Shown one piece after another: positions 36,360 through 50,460 of a DNA stretch of 64,000 bases (position 1 is the stretch's first letter; each line of letters begins with the position of its first letter). The translations under genes were made by a program, and so were the position numbers. The DNA lies in contig CM052818.1 of NCBI GenBank assembly GCA_028534125.1, positions 42,782,001 to 42,846,000 on the forward strand, in the 5' to 3' direction. The notes beneath the pieces are model-generated. The model did no database searches, was not told the DNA's origin, and was given only the letters and a program-made list of their open reading frames with translations. Origin of the DNA: Lama glama (Eukaryota).

Positions 36360-37670
36360 TCCCCCAGGGCTCTGGGCTCTGAATGCCATCTCCTCGTGTC
36401 TTCTTGATGACCTCACACTTTCAGTCACCGCTTTCCTTCACCTTTCTTTATAGTCCTACCTGTTCTTCAAGCTCCGTCCCAGTTACATGTAAACACTTGG
36501 AGGTCTCTCACATCTTGTAAACATCCCTGGCTGTACATCTCCCTTGAGATGTACTCCTAGCTTGAAAGAATTTTTGATACATCTTTCTCCCAACCCAGCA
36601 CAGGCTGCCTTCTTCCCAGTGAGTTCTCATTGCATCATCTTGTCTGCTGCTTTGACTTCTACCATCTTTCCATGTATTGATTCCCTAATGGAAATCTCCA
36701 GTCTCCATCTCTCTCCTGAACTGCAGACCCAAATATCCAAGAGCCTAGACGAGGTGACCTGTGGCTGTCCCACAGACACCAAAAGGGCAAGATGTCCCAA
36801 GCTGAGCACAGATTTTATCTGGAAACAAATTCTCCCCCTTGTGTCTTTCCTTTTGTGGATGCGCACCACTGCCTTTCCAGTTTATCCAGCCAATGCCTAG
36901 CCATCATCTGTCACTTCCTCTCATCCTCAGGCCACATATGACCATGCCACCTCCTGCTGTTTCTCCCGCCTGAGTGTCTTTCTCATCTTTCCTCTTTAGT
37001 CCATTCCTACTGCTGCCATCTTAGTCCCAGTCACCAGCACCCCCATCTAAATCGCTGCTGCAGCCTATGCATTGGTTCCCCAAACCCAGGATTTCTCCCA
37101 CAGTCATCTCCCCCACTGTAACCAGAGTGATTTCTAAAATCTACATTTTGGGGGTACCTTCCCTCTTCGACCCTCCCTGCATTTAAAAAAAAAATTTTTT
37201 TACTGATTTATAATCATTCTACAATTTTGAAATCCCGTCTATCCCTTCCCACCCTCCACCCCCTTGGCAATCTCCCTGCATTTTTAGGTGACGCTCCATT
37301 GATGTTAGGAAAATTTCCAGAGTCCACGTGGCAACCTCAGGCTCCAGCCCTTGCTTGCTGTTCCACCTCGTCTTCTGCTCCTCCCCCTCTTGCTTCTGGC
37401 TTCAGCCTTACTAATTAAGCTTATTTGTTTGTTTTTACCTTTTCTTCTGCTTCATTGCTCTTTCTCGTGTTACTGCTCTGTTCCCTCTGCTAAGATTCTT
37501 TCCTCCCATCTTCCCCTGACAAGAAAGTTCTTTCTTCAGGTTTCAGTTTAGGTTTCACCTCCTCCTGGCAGTCCTCTCTGACTTACCGCATCTACCTTAG
37601 ATCGATCCCTTTCACGGTGCACCCTGGTCTCTCCCGTTTATATTAATACGACCTAGTTGTTTGTCTATGT
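36360..37670 (+). mobile_element. Long decayed L2 fragment
   Basis: CTCTCTCCTGAACTGCAGACCCAAATATCCAA...CCCACAGACACC...CCAGAGTGATTTCTAAAAT...TGCTCTGTTCCCTCTGC, a pyrimidine-rich L2 signature. Confidence 0.65.
37185..37271 (-). mobile_element. 87-bp internally deleted L1 3' end with perfect 12-bp TSD
   Basis: CTCCCTGCATTT at 37173-37184 and 37272-37283 flank TTTTTTACTGATTTATAATCATTCTACAAT-TTTGAAATCCCGTCTATCCCTTCCCACCCTCCACCCCCTTGGCAA. Confidence 0.8.
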
Positions 37671-38444
37671 CCGCTACAAAAACATGTGCTCTTTAATAGG
37701 AGGGACCGCACCTCTGATGCCCCGCCCCGGCCCCGTATCCCCATCACTGAGCTCTTTCCATGCTGCCAGGTGGGGGCTTACTGCATAGGTACTGAATAGG
37801 ATTGAATCAACAGTGAGAGCTCTTGGAAACCTGAAGACTCTGTCTCTCTCTCTTTTTGTCTGCTCGCCCCTTTCCCTTCCACTTAAATTCCCCTGTAGCC
37901 TAAACCAAAGGGCAGGGCATCTGTGGTAAACTTGTAATAAATACATTGCTAATTGATAGAGATCCTTTAGACTTCAGTAAAAGTGGGAAAGTGCTTATTT
38001 TAATACAGTCAGGAGTGAAGTAGCCGCAGAGATATACACTCCCCCGTTCTGTGGGGCGTTCCCTTCTGCCGTCAGGGTGCCTCGTGTTAACTACTGATGC
38101 TGATTCACTTGGTTTTCCTTGCCCAGTAATTATATTGATCATAATGAAGTCAGCATGTCAAAAGCTTGGATCTAACTACGCACATAGCACATACTTCATA
38201 AAGTACGGCTTCTATTTAAAACCATATACTTAACATACCTCTGCTGGGAACACGTACTCGGCCTATTTCTAAACTACCAAGGGGCGAGAGCTTCGTGTGT
38301 GCGTGTCCTCCTGCTCCCATTCCATCATCCCTCTTGCTCTGGCGTTGTCCTAATCGCTCTCCGTGTCTGAGCCTTTGTTCCTGATGTCTGAGCTCGATCT
38401 CTTCTGTAGGGCAGGTTTTGTGGATCAGTCCTCTATTAGAGTGC

Positions 38445-38656
38445 CTGCATGCAGACCCTGGCTCCATTACCATTAACTGGAGGGCCTTGGGCGAGACGCT
38501 TAATCCCTATGTGCCTCAATTTGTTCATCTTTAAAGTGTGGAGAATAACAGTATTTTTCCTTAAGGGGTTTTGGTGAGTATTGAGTGAGAGAACATATTA
38601 GAAGCACCACGCACAGCATCTGGCCCAGAATAAGGTCTTAATAACTGTTAGCTGTA
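38445..38656 (+). mobile_element. MIR
   Basis: CCCTGGCTCCATTACCATTAACTG...CCTTGGGCGAG...GTGCCTCAATTTGTTCATCTTTAAAGTG...TGTTAGCTGT. Confidence 0.75.
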
Positions 38657-38694
38657 ATTCAAGAATTCTGCCCTACTGGGTCCCTAGCATTTTC

Positions 38695-38838
38695 GTGTAT
38701 TTTTGTTTGTTTGTTTGTTTGGGGGGGTAATTAAGTTTATTTATTTATTTTTTAAATGCAGGTGCTGGGGATCGAACCCAGGACCTTGTGCATGCTCAGC
38801 GTGCACTCTACCCCTGAGCTCTACCTTCCCCCAACAGC
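38695..38838 (-). mobile_element. tRNA-derived camelid SINE (Vic-1-like)
   Basis: GGTGCTGGGGATCGAACCCAGGACCTTGTGCATGCTCAGCGTGCACTCTACCCCTGAGCT; TSD AGCATTTTC at 38686-38694 and 38839-38847. Confidence 0.85.
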
Positions 38839-39524
38839 AGCATTTTCCTTCTCCATATTCGTCCTTTATAATATATATATATATATTCTATGTTATCCTA
38901 TTATGATGATGATTATTATACTGGAAGACATAGTGTTAAGCCTGAATATTAGACCCAGAATATACCTTAGATACTGTCCGTAATGTTAACTCCCCATTTG
39001 ATTGAAAAAGGATTTCTTGAACGTGTACTCTGAACCGGACACAGGGCTGGGGCCTGAGGAGTCAAAGGTAAAGAGGACACATTTCCTTTTCTCAGTGGAG
39101 CTCTTGTATGTGGAGAGTTGGCCAGGATAGGAGCCAATATAAATAATCGAAAGCAATAAAATGCTTTAAAAGCATGTTAAAAAGCACAGAGGAGGGAATT
39201 ATTAACTAAGGGAAAGGTTGGGAGGAGACTGTCTTACAGAAAGGCTCTGCAGAATGAATATGATTTTTCCAAGCAGGGAGGAGTGGAGGCCTTCCCATTA
39301 AAAGGGGGAGCCTAAGTAAATGCTTAAGAGTCATGAAAAATGTGATCTTTTCAGTAAGCCTTGAAGTGCTTTGGTATTGGGAGAATGTGGAGTAGATTTG
39401 GCTGGGTCAGGAAGGGGCCCTTATGTTACACCATTTTAGAAATGGTTCTCCGGAAAGTCATTCTGGCCCCCGGTGGGAAAAGACACCAGAGGTGGGGAGA
39501 ACGCTGTTGGGGAGGTCGCAAGAG

Positions 39525-39877
39525 ATAGCTCGGGCTGCTGTACCAAATACCATAGCCTGGCTGGCTTCGATGACAGAAATGCATCTCTCACGGTTCTGGA
39601 GCTGAAGTCCAAGGTCAGGAGCGAGGTCAGGTTCTGGTGAGAACCTCTTCCTGGACTGCAGACACCTTCCTTCTCGCTGTGTGGTCATGTGCTGGGGAGA
39701 GAGAGAGTGAAAGAGAGAGAGAGGATGAGAGCGCTCACCTATCTGTTCCTAGTAAGGGCGCCGATGCTGTCAAGAAGGTTTCACCTCTGTAAGGTTCCAT
39801 CTCCAAACAGCATCACATTGGGGGTGAGGGCTTCAACATGTGAATTTTGAGGTGATGCAGACGTTCAGTCCATGGCA
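39525..39877 (-). mobile_element. MaLR LTR (MLT1A0/B-like)
   Basis: GCTCGGGCTGCTGTACCAAATACCATAG...TCTCACGGTTCTGGAGCTGAAGTCCAAG...CATCACATTGGGGGTGAGGGCTTCAACATGTGAATTTTG...TTCAGTCCATGGCA. Confidence 0.85.
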
Positions 39878-42105
39878 CCAGGTAAGTGATGCTGAGGACC
39901 TGGGATAAGGCAGAGGGAGTGGGGGCACAGAGGAACCTGTGGCTTTGAGATATCTGTGGGAAGAGGAATCAAGAGGGGTTAGTGACCATTTGGGTAATTG
40001 GGACAATGGGATGAGCTGGGTGACTTCAACTTTCTGGACTGATCATTTGGGTCATACCTGGGTTTACCTGGATGGTCCAGCTTTAAAGGCCCCAGTGCTG
40101 CTCCATAAAAAATGTATTTATATTTCTTTTCCTGTAGCTCTTAACTCTCCAAAATATTATCCTCCCCCAGCTACTTCAGAATACCTGCCTTCCTTCATTC
40201 ACTGGCAGTTGTTCAGCAGAGCTTGTTTTCTTACTGTTCTCCGAACACACAACCTACTTGCTGCCTCTCCTCTGGAGCTCTGATCGCAGTGTTCCTTCCC
40301 CATGGCGTGTGCTCTGTATTCCCCCTCTAATCCATCCTTGATGGGGAGAACTTTCCCCAGCTGCTCAGAGTGATGCTGTCTGTTCCATCTGCTTTTCCCA
40401 TACCTTTCACTGGTTTTCTGTGGCAGATTCAATACTGCGTTCTCATCACCATCTTTCTTCCTGGAGATGCAGGGACATTCTTTATCTCCAGCATCCTTGC
40501 ACTCAGAGTTCTACCCCATGTGCCCAGAGTCCTCACCAATGGGAATGTGAGCACACATGCCGTGTTCCCTGTGGCCTGGGACACATTTTGCCTCTCTGTA
40601 CCACCGTTTTGAAGAAGGAACTCTAAAGTAGTAACTTGAAAATTACCGGGGATGAGAAGCAACCAAGGATGAGAAAATTGACTTTAAATTAGACTTCATG
40701 TAAGTGACTAAAAACAACCACCAAAGCTTTCTTGTGGGAAACTACTGACATCTGGGAGTTAACTTGTCAATGCAGCAAATCGTGATCTATCCTGACTAAT
40801 ATGAACACTGATATTTGGTGTCACGTTGTGGTGTAGGAACAAAATCAGGGATCCCTGTTTTTAATTGCACGCTGTGCGTTTCTTGTGTTTTGGTATATAT
40901 CTTTTGAATGGAATTGAACATTTGATGACATGAAAAAAGACTTTCTCAGATGGGAGATAAGGTAATACCATGTGTTAACTGCCCCAACCCATCCTCAATT
41001 TCCTCACTTTTTGTTTTTTTAACACTTACCTCCTTTCAATTAATGTTTTATCTTGTGTAATTGAATCTGTTTCCTCAGGTCAGCAGATGACCACTGTTAA
41101 TTAGTCAGAATTTAAGAATCTTTCTTAGTCATGTTCCATTGAATTAGCCTTTGTATTTATGAAGAGAGATCGAAAGAATGAAACTTGTCTACTTCTGACA
41201 ATCTACTATTAAAGTCCTTTGGTAGAAGTAAGTAAGCATGTGTACACTTGTATTGTTATTATTTTTATATTTTTTTGAGAAACACAGGAATGCTGACCTC
41301 AGCCAAAGTGTCAGTTAGTGTTGCTATGCTACCGATGAGACTGGGCCCCACTTTTTCCACTTGTGTCTAACACACTCTTTCATTGCGTTTTCCCTTCATA
41401 TCCCTAGTTTGGTAAAACGCCACCAATTTTAAATGTGTATATATCGCATCCTGCCCTTGAGGACCAAAACAAGATATTTTAACTAAAAAGAAACAGTAAC
41501 AATTTCCTCTGGCCCTGTATTTCTTTTGTCATGAAAACCCCGTGTCTCCATGACACTGATTTTTTCAAGTTCATTATCTTAAAAGTGACTTTTTCAAATG
41601 TTACAGATAATACTCCATGGCTGAAAAGCCAAGGAGAAATTCCATCTGGATGACAGTAGCTATTTACAGATTCCTCGAGTTGTCTTCTCCCAGGCTGACG
41701 TGCTAGCAGGATCTCTCAAGTAATGCTCGGGACTGGTTCCAGCAGAAAATTTGAACCATAGCACTTTATGTTTTGTTTATGTTTTCTTGTTTTTAGATAC
41801 AGGTTGCAAGTTCAAACTGAATCCTCTCTTCTGATTATGGAAAGTGTAGGCTGATAAGGCTTTGAATTTTTAAATTTGTTTTTCTGCTGAAGCTGCTCTT
41901 TGGAATGAAGGGAGGATGACTAGCAAGAAGCGTTGATTTTCCTTCCTTTCATCAACTCTGTTGTACTAACAAGAGGGACCCGGATCTGGCGTGGGAATCA
42001 GGAGATCTGAGTCCTTTCTTAGCTAGGAAATCTCTGGGTGGCTTTGAATGAACACATGCCTTCTTATGGTACTTATTTATCATGTGAATTAGGTGGGGTC
42101 TGTCT

Positions 42106-42270
42106 CCATCATGGGTGTCAACCAGGAGTACACATGAAAATCAATCTGAGAACGTCTGTAAAACCCACATCCCTGAGCTCCATTCCAGACCTACTGAATC
42201 AGAATGTCCAGTTAGAGGGTGGTTTGGGAGGTAATAATTGCTTTTCAAGAGATCAGACTGGCATAGATCC
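42106..42270. mobile_element. MER5A-like hAT-Charlie MITE
   Basis: TACACATGAAAATCAATCTGAGAA...CCAGACCTACTGAATCAGAA. Confidence 0.6.
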
Positions 42271-44334
42271 ATTAGCTGGCATCCTTTGGATGCAGGCAGT
42301 AAGTAGAGGTTCAGTGACGAAGGGGAGAGCAAGGAGTCTGGAGCCAGAGTACATACTTGCTGGGGGTACTTAGAGATAGCCCTGAGTTGGGAAATGGCTG
42401 CAGACATAGAACCCTACAGGGCGTAGAAGGGCTGGTGAGGGCAACACCAAAGCTAAGCCACACCTCCTTTACCGTCTTGATCAGGCTCTGCATTTGTTTG
42501 TTATATATTGTGCATGTGTGTGTCTGTCTGTAGTGATGATGAACCACTAAAATATAATGTCTGGGGCCCCTTTGCAGTTTCCCAGTTAGGGGTCAAACCT
42601 CCACCCTGATTTTGCTCAGTTACATGAACTGGTTTAAATGGATCCCTAACGGGAGAATTATAGGGGCATGGAGAGGATAGAACCAGGCTGTGAAAATTGG
42701 CAAACGTGCCCTTTGCCACATAATCAACTCCATTCAATCCAGTCTCTATCAGTTAATATCTTCAAGTGCCATTCTATGCGATGGCTTCTACAGGACAGGT
42801 GTGGATGGAAGGAGAGGAGGGAGGGAGAAATGAAATGAGCAAAGCTAGCTTTACAAACAACTGTAAGATAATGAGAAGGCATGGATGGACCAGAGGAAGG
42901 ACAGACTGAGAGGTGGGATGCAGAGAACGAGCCATTAATTGTGGCTGGTCAAGAAAGGAGGCTTTCCAGGAAGGAAACTGTCTGCTAGACCGGAATTCTC
43001 TCATGCTGACTTTGGAAAGATCATGGAAGAAGACTCTCATTATGATTATTACTGTCTCTTTTATTTTTTTTGTCCCAAAGCAGTGGGAAACCCTTTATCC
43101 TAGTGGAATAATCTAAGAATGAGACCTTACTTTCTTACTCTCCCTGAAATGCTGATGTGCATTCTTTCAGAGCCATTCCGTCTGTTTGATTTGTGTCTGT
43201 GTCATTTTCACATGGAACTGTCTGCTTCTCGAACCGTGGGAGGCGGGAGGCCTGGGTCTGCTGCTGCTTCTGTGCCCTTCTTCTCGTCACTGTGCGAGGC
43301 ACACAGGAAGTGCAACGTTGGTGCTAACTGAATACACAAAAGCACGCTTAGTGAAGATCTGCGGAACAGTGAGGCTTCGTTGATGAGGACATTGATACCT
43401 AGACTGTGTTTCTTTTGGAAGAGATCAGGGTCTGTTAGCCCCGTCTTCCTAGCACCCCTCTAGGCTAGGTCTGGATGGCGGTGGCTCCCCTTTAGAGACA
43501 GAAGAACTGAGGCACAGAGAGGTCCAGTGGTTTGCTCAGATTGTATAGAACACAACTCCATGAATACACACCGATAGGAAACCTCTCCCACCTGCATGTC
43601 AGTTTAGAGTTCATGACAGTGTGAGGGGGGAGGCACAGGGATGATGTGAATGTTCTAGGTGAGGACCCCAGGCTCAGAGAGGGGAGGTGTCAGGCAGAAG
43701 GTTCTCGAAGGAGATGGTGGCTCAGGGAGATAACGTTACAGTGGGTGAGACACATTCAGAAGAGCTTACAGGGCCTGACAAATTGCTCCAAATGAGTGGC
43801 TTGAGAACACACAAGGGTGGGGTGGTCCTCCAGTGGAAGACGGGGTTTGGATGGGGTGGTGGGTAGAAGGAACCCGTGTTCCTCTGAGAAGGACTCAGAG
43901 CACGGGGGTTTGGGTGTTTGTTCAGGCTCCCCCATAGATCTGTTATGTCACCTGGGGAAGGTGACTTCCTTTCTCTTGGCCTCAGTTTCTTTACCTACAA
44001 AATGAGAGAAATGGGTCAAGTGATTTGAAAGGTTACTTGTAGCACAAACGTGTTGACTCAAATACACAGAGCTCCCATATTAGCAAATAAGGACAGGATG
44101 GGTTATTTTAGAACAAGAGCCTCTCTGACTGAAGTTTGTGATTCTAAAAATTCTTGATAGGTAAAATGAAGTTTAAATCAAATTATCTGAGATCCTGCAA
44201 TGTTGGGGGTATATAAAGATGATGGAGAGATGATGAGATGCAGAGTTAATAAGAGAAGGACACTGTTTGGAATACTTTTCAATGCTACCTGGTGATGGAG
44301 TGAGGGACACACTGTCCCCTAGGTTCTCTTTGTC

Positions 44335-44535
44335 CTGTCACCATGGGTGAGCTCCACTAGTTTTATGATCTTGGATAAATACTCAGTTTCTTCCTTGAAA
44401 ATGAGGAATGACATAACAAGCTTTGACCCTTCCCAGGGAGCTTTATGAGGATCACATGGGATAACCTGTGTGCGAGCACTTTGTAAACTGTAGAGCACTG
44501 TAAAAAGATGCCTACATGTGCGAGGGTTTATTACT
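44335..44535 (+). mobile_element. MIR
   Basis: TATGATCTTGGATAA...CTCAGTTTCTTCCTTGAAAATGAGG...TGAGGATCACATGGGATAA...AGCACTTTGTAAACTGTA. Confidence 0.7.
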
Positions 44536-47500
44536 GACTGCAAGCACTCATGGTCTCTAGTCACTCATGTGGCTGAGGGAATGTGACCAACTACCCACGC
44601 CTGGGTCACTCTGGCCTCAAAGTTGGTCTTCGGGGGGAAAAAAAGTGAAACTCTTTCTGTTACTTTATCTAGATCCCTGAGTTTGCTGGTTCATTAAGAA
44701 TGGAGGATGACCCCACCTGGTTGGCCAGTGGGAAATGGAAAGTAAATACCATTCAGACCTCACCTCTGCTGGGCACCTGACACTGTTGAAGGAGTTTTTA
44801 CAGCCCCTGTCCCTTATCACAGTGTGTGATCTTGAAAAAGTCCCTTCCCTCTCTGGGCCTGAGTTTCTTGCTCTTTCAGATTTTAAGGGGTTACGCAGGA
44901 TGATTTCTGGGTTCCATCCAACCTCTTGATTCAACAGGGGTTTTGAATGAAGGGTTTATTTATATATAAGACAGTCAGGGACCCTCTGGTGTCACTGTGC
45001 TTCGAGCTAGTGCCTCATTGTGCTACTGGGAAGAGGGTCCGGAGTGGCCTGGCACTGACTTCCCAGTTTCCCCCGCCCCCAGCTGAGACCAGGGGGCTTG
45101 ACTGGACACAGGCCTGTTGTCAGATTTGAGCATGACTGCACTGACATCTGTGCCCTCGGAGAGGTGATGCCAGCTCCGAAATCTTGAACGTGAGTTCTTT
45201 GGCAGCCTTGAACCAGAGAGCCCCGGGCAGGTGGGAGCGAGCAGGGCCAGGGCACTGAACTCTGCACTCCAGTGTCCCCTCCCTCCGAGGGATGGTCATT
45301 GCACACCTACCAGTTAGGGAATTTTGATAATTTGATAAGATAATGCATGGGCCTAAGAGATAAAGCCGAAAGAAAAGCAAGACCATTATCATCCTAATGA
45401 GAGCACACTGGTTTCTAGTGGGTGGGAGGGAGGGGCCACACTCTCTGGTTCTGGTTTGATAATGTTCTTTTTATTTTAGCTTGGATGGCATCAATGGGGT
45501 GGATCCCTTCCTGATTATTCATTAAACATGTGCTGTTCTATGCACCTTTCTGTGTCCATGTTTATGTAACCGTTTTCAAGGGTTAAAATATTAGATGGTG
45601 TGTGCACAGCACATAGAGCAAAATGTAAGCGTCCGATAAACGTTTTTACTGGAGCCATTGTCCCCAGCTGACTGAAACAAGTGAGGCATGACGCCCCTCG
45701 TTTCATGATCAGGCCCCGTGGGCTGAAGGAGTCCCCCGGTGGAGAGAGGCCTTCATTCTCAGCTTTGTGGTCAGACGGGGAGTTCCAACTCTATCTCTGA
45801 GCCTTACATCAGCATGGAGAATCTGTTTCTGTCTGAGTCACATTCATATTCTCTTTTTCTCTCTCGAAGACATTTTAAGGTCTTTTCTACATGGCGAACA
45901 CCACTGGGCATAAAACCAAAGATGAACTGACAAGGGACTCCCTCTTTCGAGGGGCGAGATGCCTGCCGTGGGTGATGGGCGTGTAAGCAGATCGGTACCC
46001 TGATGGGTTAGACAGGTGACGCTGCGCTTGTCTCACCTACAGAATGAAGGTGAGGCCTGCAGGTTCCGTAGGCACGAAGTACATCCTTGGAAATGGTGGT
46101 GGTTGCTGTTACAAAAGAGCACAGTCAGCGGGTTCAAGTTAGCAGGGTTTCTAATCTGGCTCCTGAAGGACAGCTTGATGTTTTAATTGATGAAGCAGAG
46201 TGGGGAGGATGCGCGTTTCAAGTCCAGTTGTTGCATTTCAAGCAGAGTGATCCCAACCCCACCCACCCCTGGACTTGCAAAGGGAGAGGCCGGTCAGACT
46301 GAGCTGCCGGGGCAGGGTTAACATGTGTGGGAACAGGTGTGCTTACTTGCTGTTGTAGGCTACGTCGCCTTTAAAATATGTTCAAACGTTGTCATTTGGA
46401 ATCTCCTGAGATTTGAGAATAGACCAGCTCCTTATTTTTGTAATCAAAAAACAAAGCGATCTCAGCCTCCCCAAAGCATTGAAATACACTGTAGTGTTGG
46501 CACTTAGCTGTGGATTTCCATCTTTGGTGAAGTCATGTTTTGCTTTAGCATCATTTCTTCTTTCACTGTTATTTCGCTGGCTATAGACACTATTAATTCT
46601 TTCTGTGTTAGTGTCTCACCCTTTCATTTTCCCAGTAAAGAGCAGCACTTGCTATGAAACACAATGATACTGGAGGGGATAATTTCTTTATAATTATTAT
46701 GTGAGGCAACACACTAAATGAATCATGGGACTCATTTGAAAAAAAAAAAAACCAAAACTTTGGTATATGTGCTAATCCCTCGTTCCAGAAAATTCAGCTG
46801 ATGTGTCTGGAGGCACAGCCAGCCCTCGTCTGACCAGGAGCTCCGTGGAGAACCAGCTCTGGTGGTAGAGCCTCCTGGTCCAGGGCAGGCAAGGTGGTTG
46901 TCCTGGCTTTTTGCAATGTACACAAATGGTGGTCTTCTAGATCTTTCCACATTCCCTTTGTGCCCTGACACTGCTTCCAGGCTTCCTCCCTGCCACCCCT
47001 CATGTCCTTACTGCCCCTCTGCTCGGTCTGTTGGCCAGATCCCATCCTTCTGGTTGCTGAACCCCATCCACTCATTTTCTCTAGCAGGAGCCCTGCACCC
47101 TTCCAACTTCTCTTCCTAACCTCCTTTGCCAATAATCTCTTGTCCACTTGGCCATGCCACACCCTCAATGAATGCTCTGGAAGATCAAAAGTTTCCTAAA
47201 ACCATCTCAGCCCTCAGGGAGTTGATAGACCAGTGAGAACCTGCATAAAAGTATGGCCCCTTTTTATAGGAAAAATTACGCATACATCACCTTAAAAAGT
47301 CCTTGGCATCTCTGAATCAAGGCACCCAGATTAAGAACTGACGTCATAAAAATATGAATGTGGTAGTGTTGAGGTATTTCCCAACTAAATTCCTGTTTAT
47401 TCAGTTTGGTCTCTGAGTTACATGATCAAAGAAAACAGAATAGAATATGATAAACAAAAACCAAGGCAGAATTAAAACAAACGAGTTAAGGTGTGATTCG

Positions 47501-47599
47501 GTCTACCAGGTATACCATATCAGAGGAAGGTATTCTTACCTTTAACCAATCAGTAGTTAAAGGCTGGTGGATTTACTCGTCTTTGAAGGACATTAATAG

Positions 47600-47945
47600 T
47601 CTCACCATTACCTGCTTCCTGCTCCCTTCTGAACACGTGAAGACCGTATGTCTTAATCTCCCCGCACTGGGAGAGGACACTATGATCAGTCTTGGAAGTG
47701 ACATCTGCCACCCCAGGCTGGGACGGGGACAAGTCCTCTGCCCTGCAGTTCTCTTTCCCTGCCAAGCAGGAGGCTTCAGGTTGAGACAGTGGAGCCAGGC
47801 ACCTGAGGCCGGCTGCATCGCTGAGGGCGGCCAGGATACCACTCCGACCTGCCCTGGAATTTGCGTGAGTGGAACATCAACCTCTGTGTTACATCACGGA
47901 GATTTTTGGAGTTGTTTATTCCTGCCCCAGATCTTGGTTTACCTC
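47600..47945 (+). mobile_element. Old MaLR LTR (MLT1J-like)
   Basis: GGAAGTGACATCTGCCAC...; ends CGTGAGTGGAACATCAACCTCTGTGTT...GAGATTTTTGGAGTTGTTTATT. Confidence 0.5.
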
Positions 47946-50460
47946 AGCCGAGGCACCTGCCGAGGGTACTGGTGTTGAATGAGAGGGCGTGCTGACTTCC
48001 ACTGATTTCTCTGCTTTGTGGAAATGATGTTTTCGAGCAGTTGCTTCTTCCCTGTGCATCCTTCGCCTTGTCCTCCTCCACCTGCAGAATACAGATGTCA
48101 GCCGCATCCAGGTGTCACAATAAAAATAGCCGCATTTGACCTCCCTGGTCTGAAATGCTGGGGACTCCAATTTTGCAGGAATAATTGGTTACAAGGTATC
48201 TCGCAGGCATTCCTGCAAATGTGCCTTCTAGTCGGTTCTCTCCCCGGGAAATTGCATGAATGGCCTGTGGGAGAGGAGAGAGTCAACAGTGATCGCTAAT
48301 GTGATTAATTAAAGGACTTAGTAGAAATGACCGATGGAATTTACTGGTACCTTGGAGGGATTAACACTGGTTAACCACGTGGGTCGAGGAGGCAGGTTAA
48401 TGAATGATTCAGCCGCTGTGAGACGGGCTGGAGCATTTTCCAGTGGAGCAATGTATAAACAACGCTACCCCCACGTTACAGGTGAGGGGCTCACTTTAAT
48501 CCCTGAAATGCTCGCACCCTCTGTAATTAGGTAATTAGTTTAGGAAACAGTGTAGCAAATACATGAGGAGAAATAAAAACAACAAATGCATGTGAATAAC
48601 TAGGAACCTTTTATTTTTTATCAAATCATTACTCTGTCTGTCTTTTCTTAGTGAAGTGTAGCGATCTTCCCATGAGTCTCACTGCCTTTCCACAGAGATG
48701 GGGGCCAGTTTGGGCCCTTAAACAAAAGCAGTTTTTTTTGCTCTGACATGAGCTCTTCTGGTTTCCGGGTCCCAGGACAGTCCCTCTGCCTGAATCCAGC
48801 CAGGTTCTCAGACTTCGACTTTCACGCATGATCAGCAAACATCTTCCAGGAGAACAGAAAGTCCTCGGTGCTCCTCTGCAAGGGACTTCCTTCTCCAGAG
48901 CTGTACAGCCCTAATCTCATTCCTCATTGCTTCTCTGATTCTTTGGAGGGAAAACGTGTTTGTTTTAATTTATCTTGCTTTTCTGATTGCTTTTGGTAGA
49001 ATGATTGCAGTGTCTTGAAGACTGCTCTTTTTCTCAAAAGCAAAAGTCTTCAAAATTTGTATTTGCAACTTTACTGGATGTGGAGATCTAACAAAATAGT
49101 ATTAGCCTGTGTTGGGTAGAACCAACCAGCCAACCGAAAAATAAATAACTCTGGGTGGGGTGTCAAGACTTCACAGCCAGTTACCATGCAGCTAACTGGA
49201 TATTTATAAATTAACAATTGACATATACAATTTTTTATATAGTATAGAACAACCTGTTGGACCCCAGGGGCAGAGCTCTTATTAATCTCTACATCTAGAA
49301 AGAGATTTAAATTTCTTCCTTGCTCCATTTTTTAAGGAAAAAAAAAAAAGGCTGGACCCCAAATACCACCTGTTTCACCAGTGGTTTAAAAACATCCAAA
49401 AGAAACAAAAGGGAAAATAATGAAGCTACTAAATTCTTCTTAGGGGAAAACAATCTGATTTTTCTGATTTCTGTAAGACCCATTGCTTAACCATAATACT
49501 GCTCAACTTGGCTCCAGATGGTTGGCATCATTTGGTGAGGAAGGGAAATTTCACCTTCCTAGTCTGGGCCTCCATGTGCCTCTCCCCCAAATGAAGGCAT
49601 TGGATTTCATGATAGCTGAAGAAGTTTTTCTTTGACTCCCTTTACAAGATGAGATTTCTTTTTGAGATTCACACTTTTTTTTCTTTAATAAATCAATTCA
49701 CATAACCAAACTTACTCTTTAAAAATTCCATATCACTGATTTTGATGTTCCTTCCCTGCCCCAGGTGTATCCATTATCTAGAACCTCTCTAACTCAGTAA
49801 AACTATAGTAGTGCCCTCCTAATACAGAAAATCTTCATTATTGTCTTTTATTCTGCTGCGTCAGGGCAGGATCCCCCTACAGAAACTTTCTGGGGCTATT
49901 CTAACTAGGAGTCAAAACTGAACAATACTTCACTCATTCAAAGTTAAGCCAAAGTTGATTTGGACTTCAAGGTTAAGTTGATGCAGTGATTAACTGGTTA
50001 GATGAAACAGATGCTGAATAATACATATTTCAATGCTTAAACACTGTCATTTACTTTGAATATCATATTATGCTTTTTATTTTCCCGGAAAATTTTAAGT
50101 GGCTTTTGAACATGAGAAAAAAAAATTTGATCTCCATCATCTGTGACGGATAGACCCACAGATGTTTATCCATCAAAGAGATTGTTGGGAGCTTCTTTTC
50201 AGTGGTCTGGAGGCAAGGCAGTGCAGTCTAGATAATCAATACAGCGACTCTGTGATGTATTATAATCCCATGCTGCCTTTCGCAAGAAGTTCAAGACAAT
50301 ATGCAGTGGATTAAGACTTATGAGTCTTGGGTTGTAGCCAAGCTTTACCGCCAAGCAACTCAAAGACCATCCAGAGTCACATTTCTCCTCTGGGCCTGAC
50401 TTAATCTTATCTGTAAAAATGGAGAGGGATTTGCGGGTAGGGGTAAGGATGTTGTAGCCC

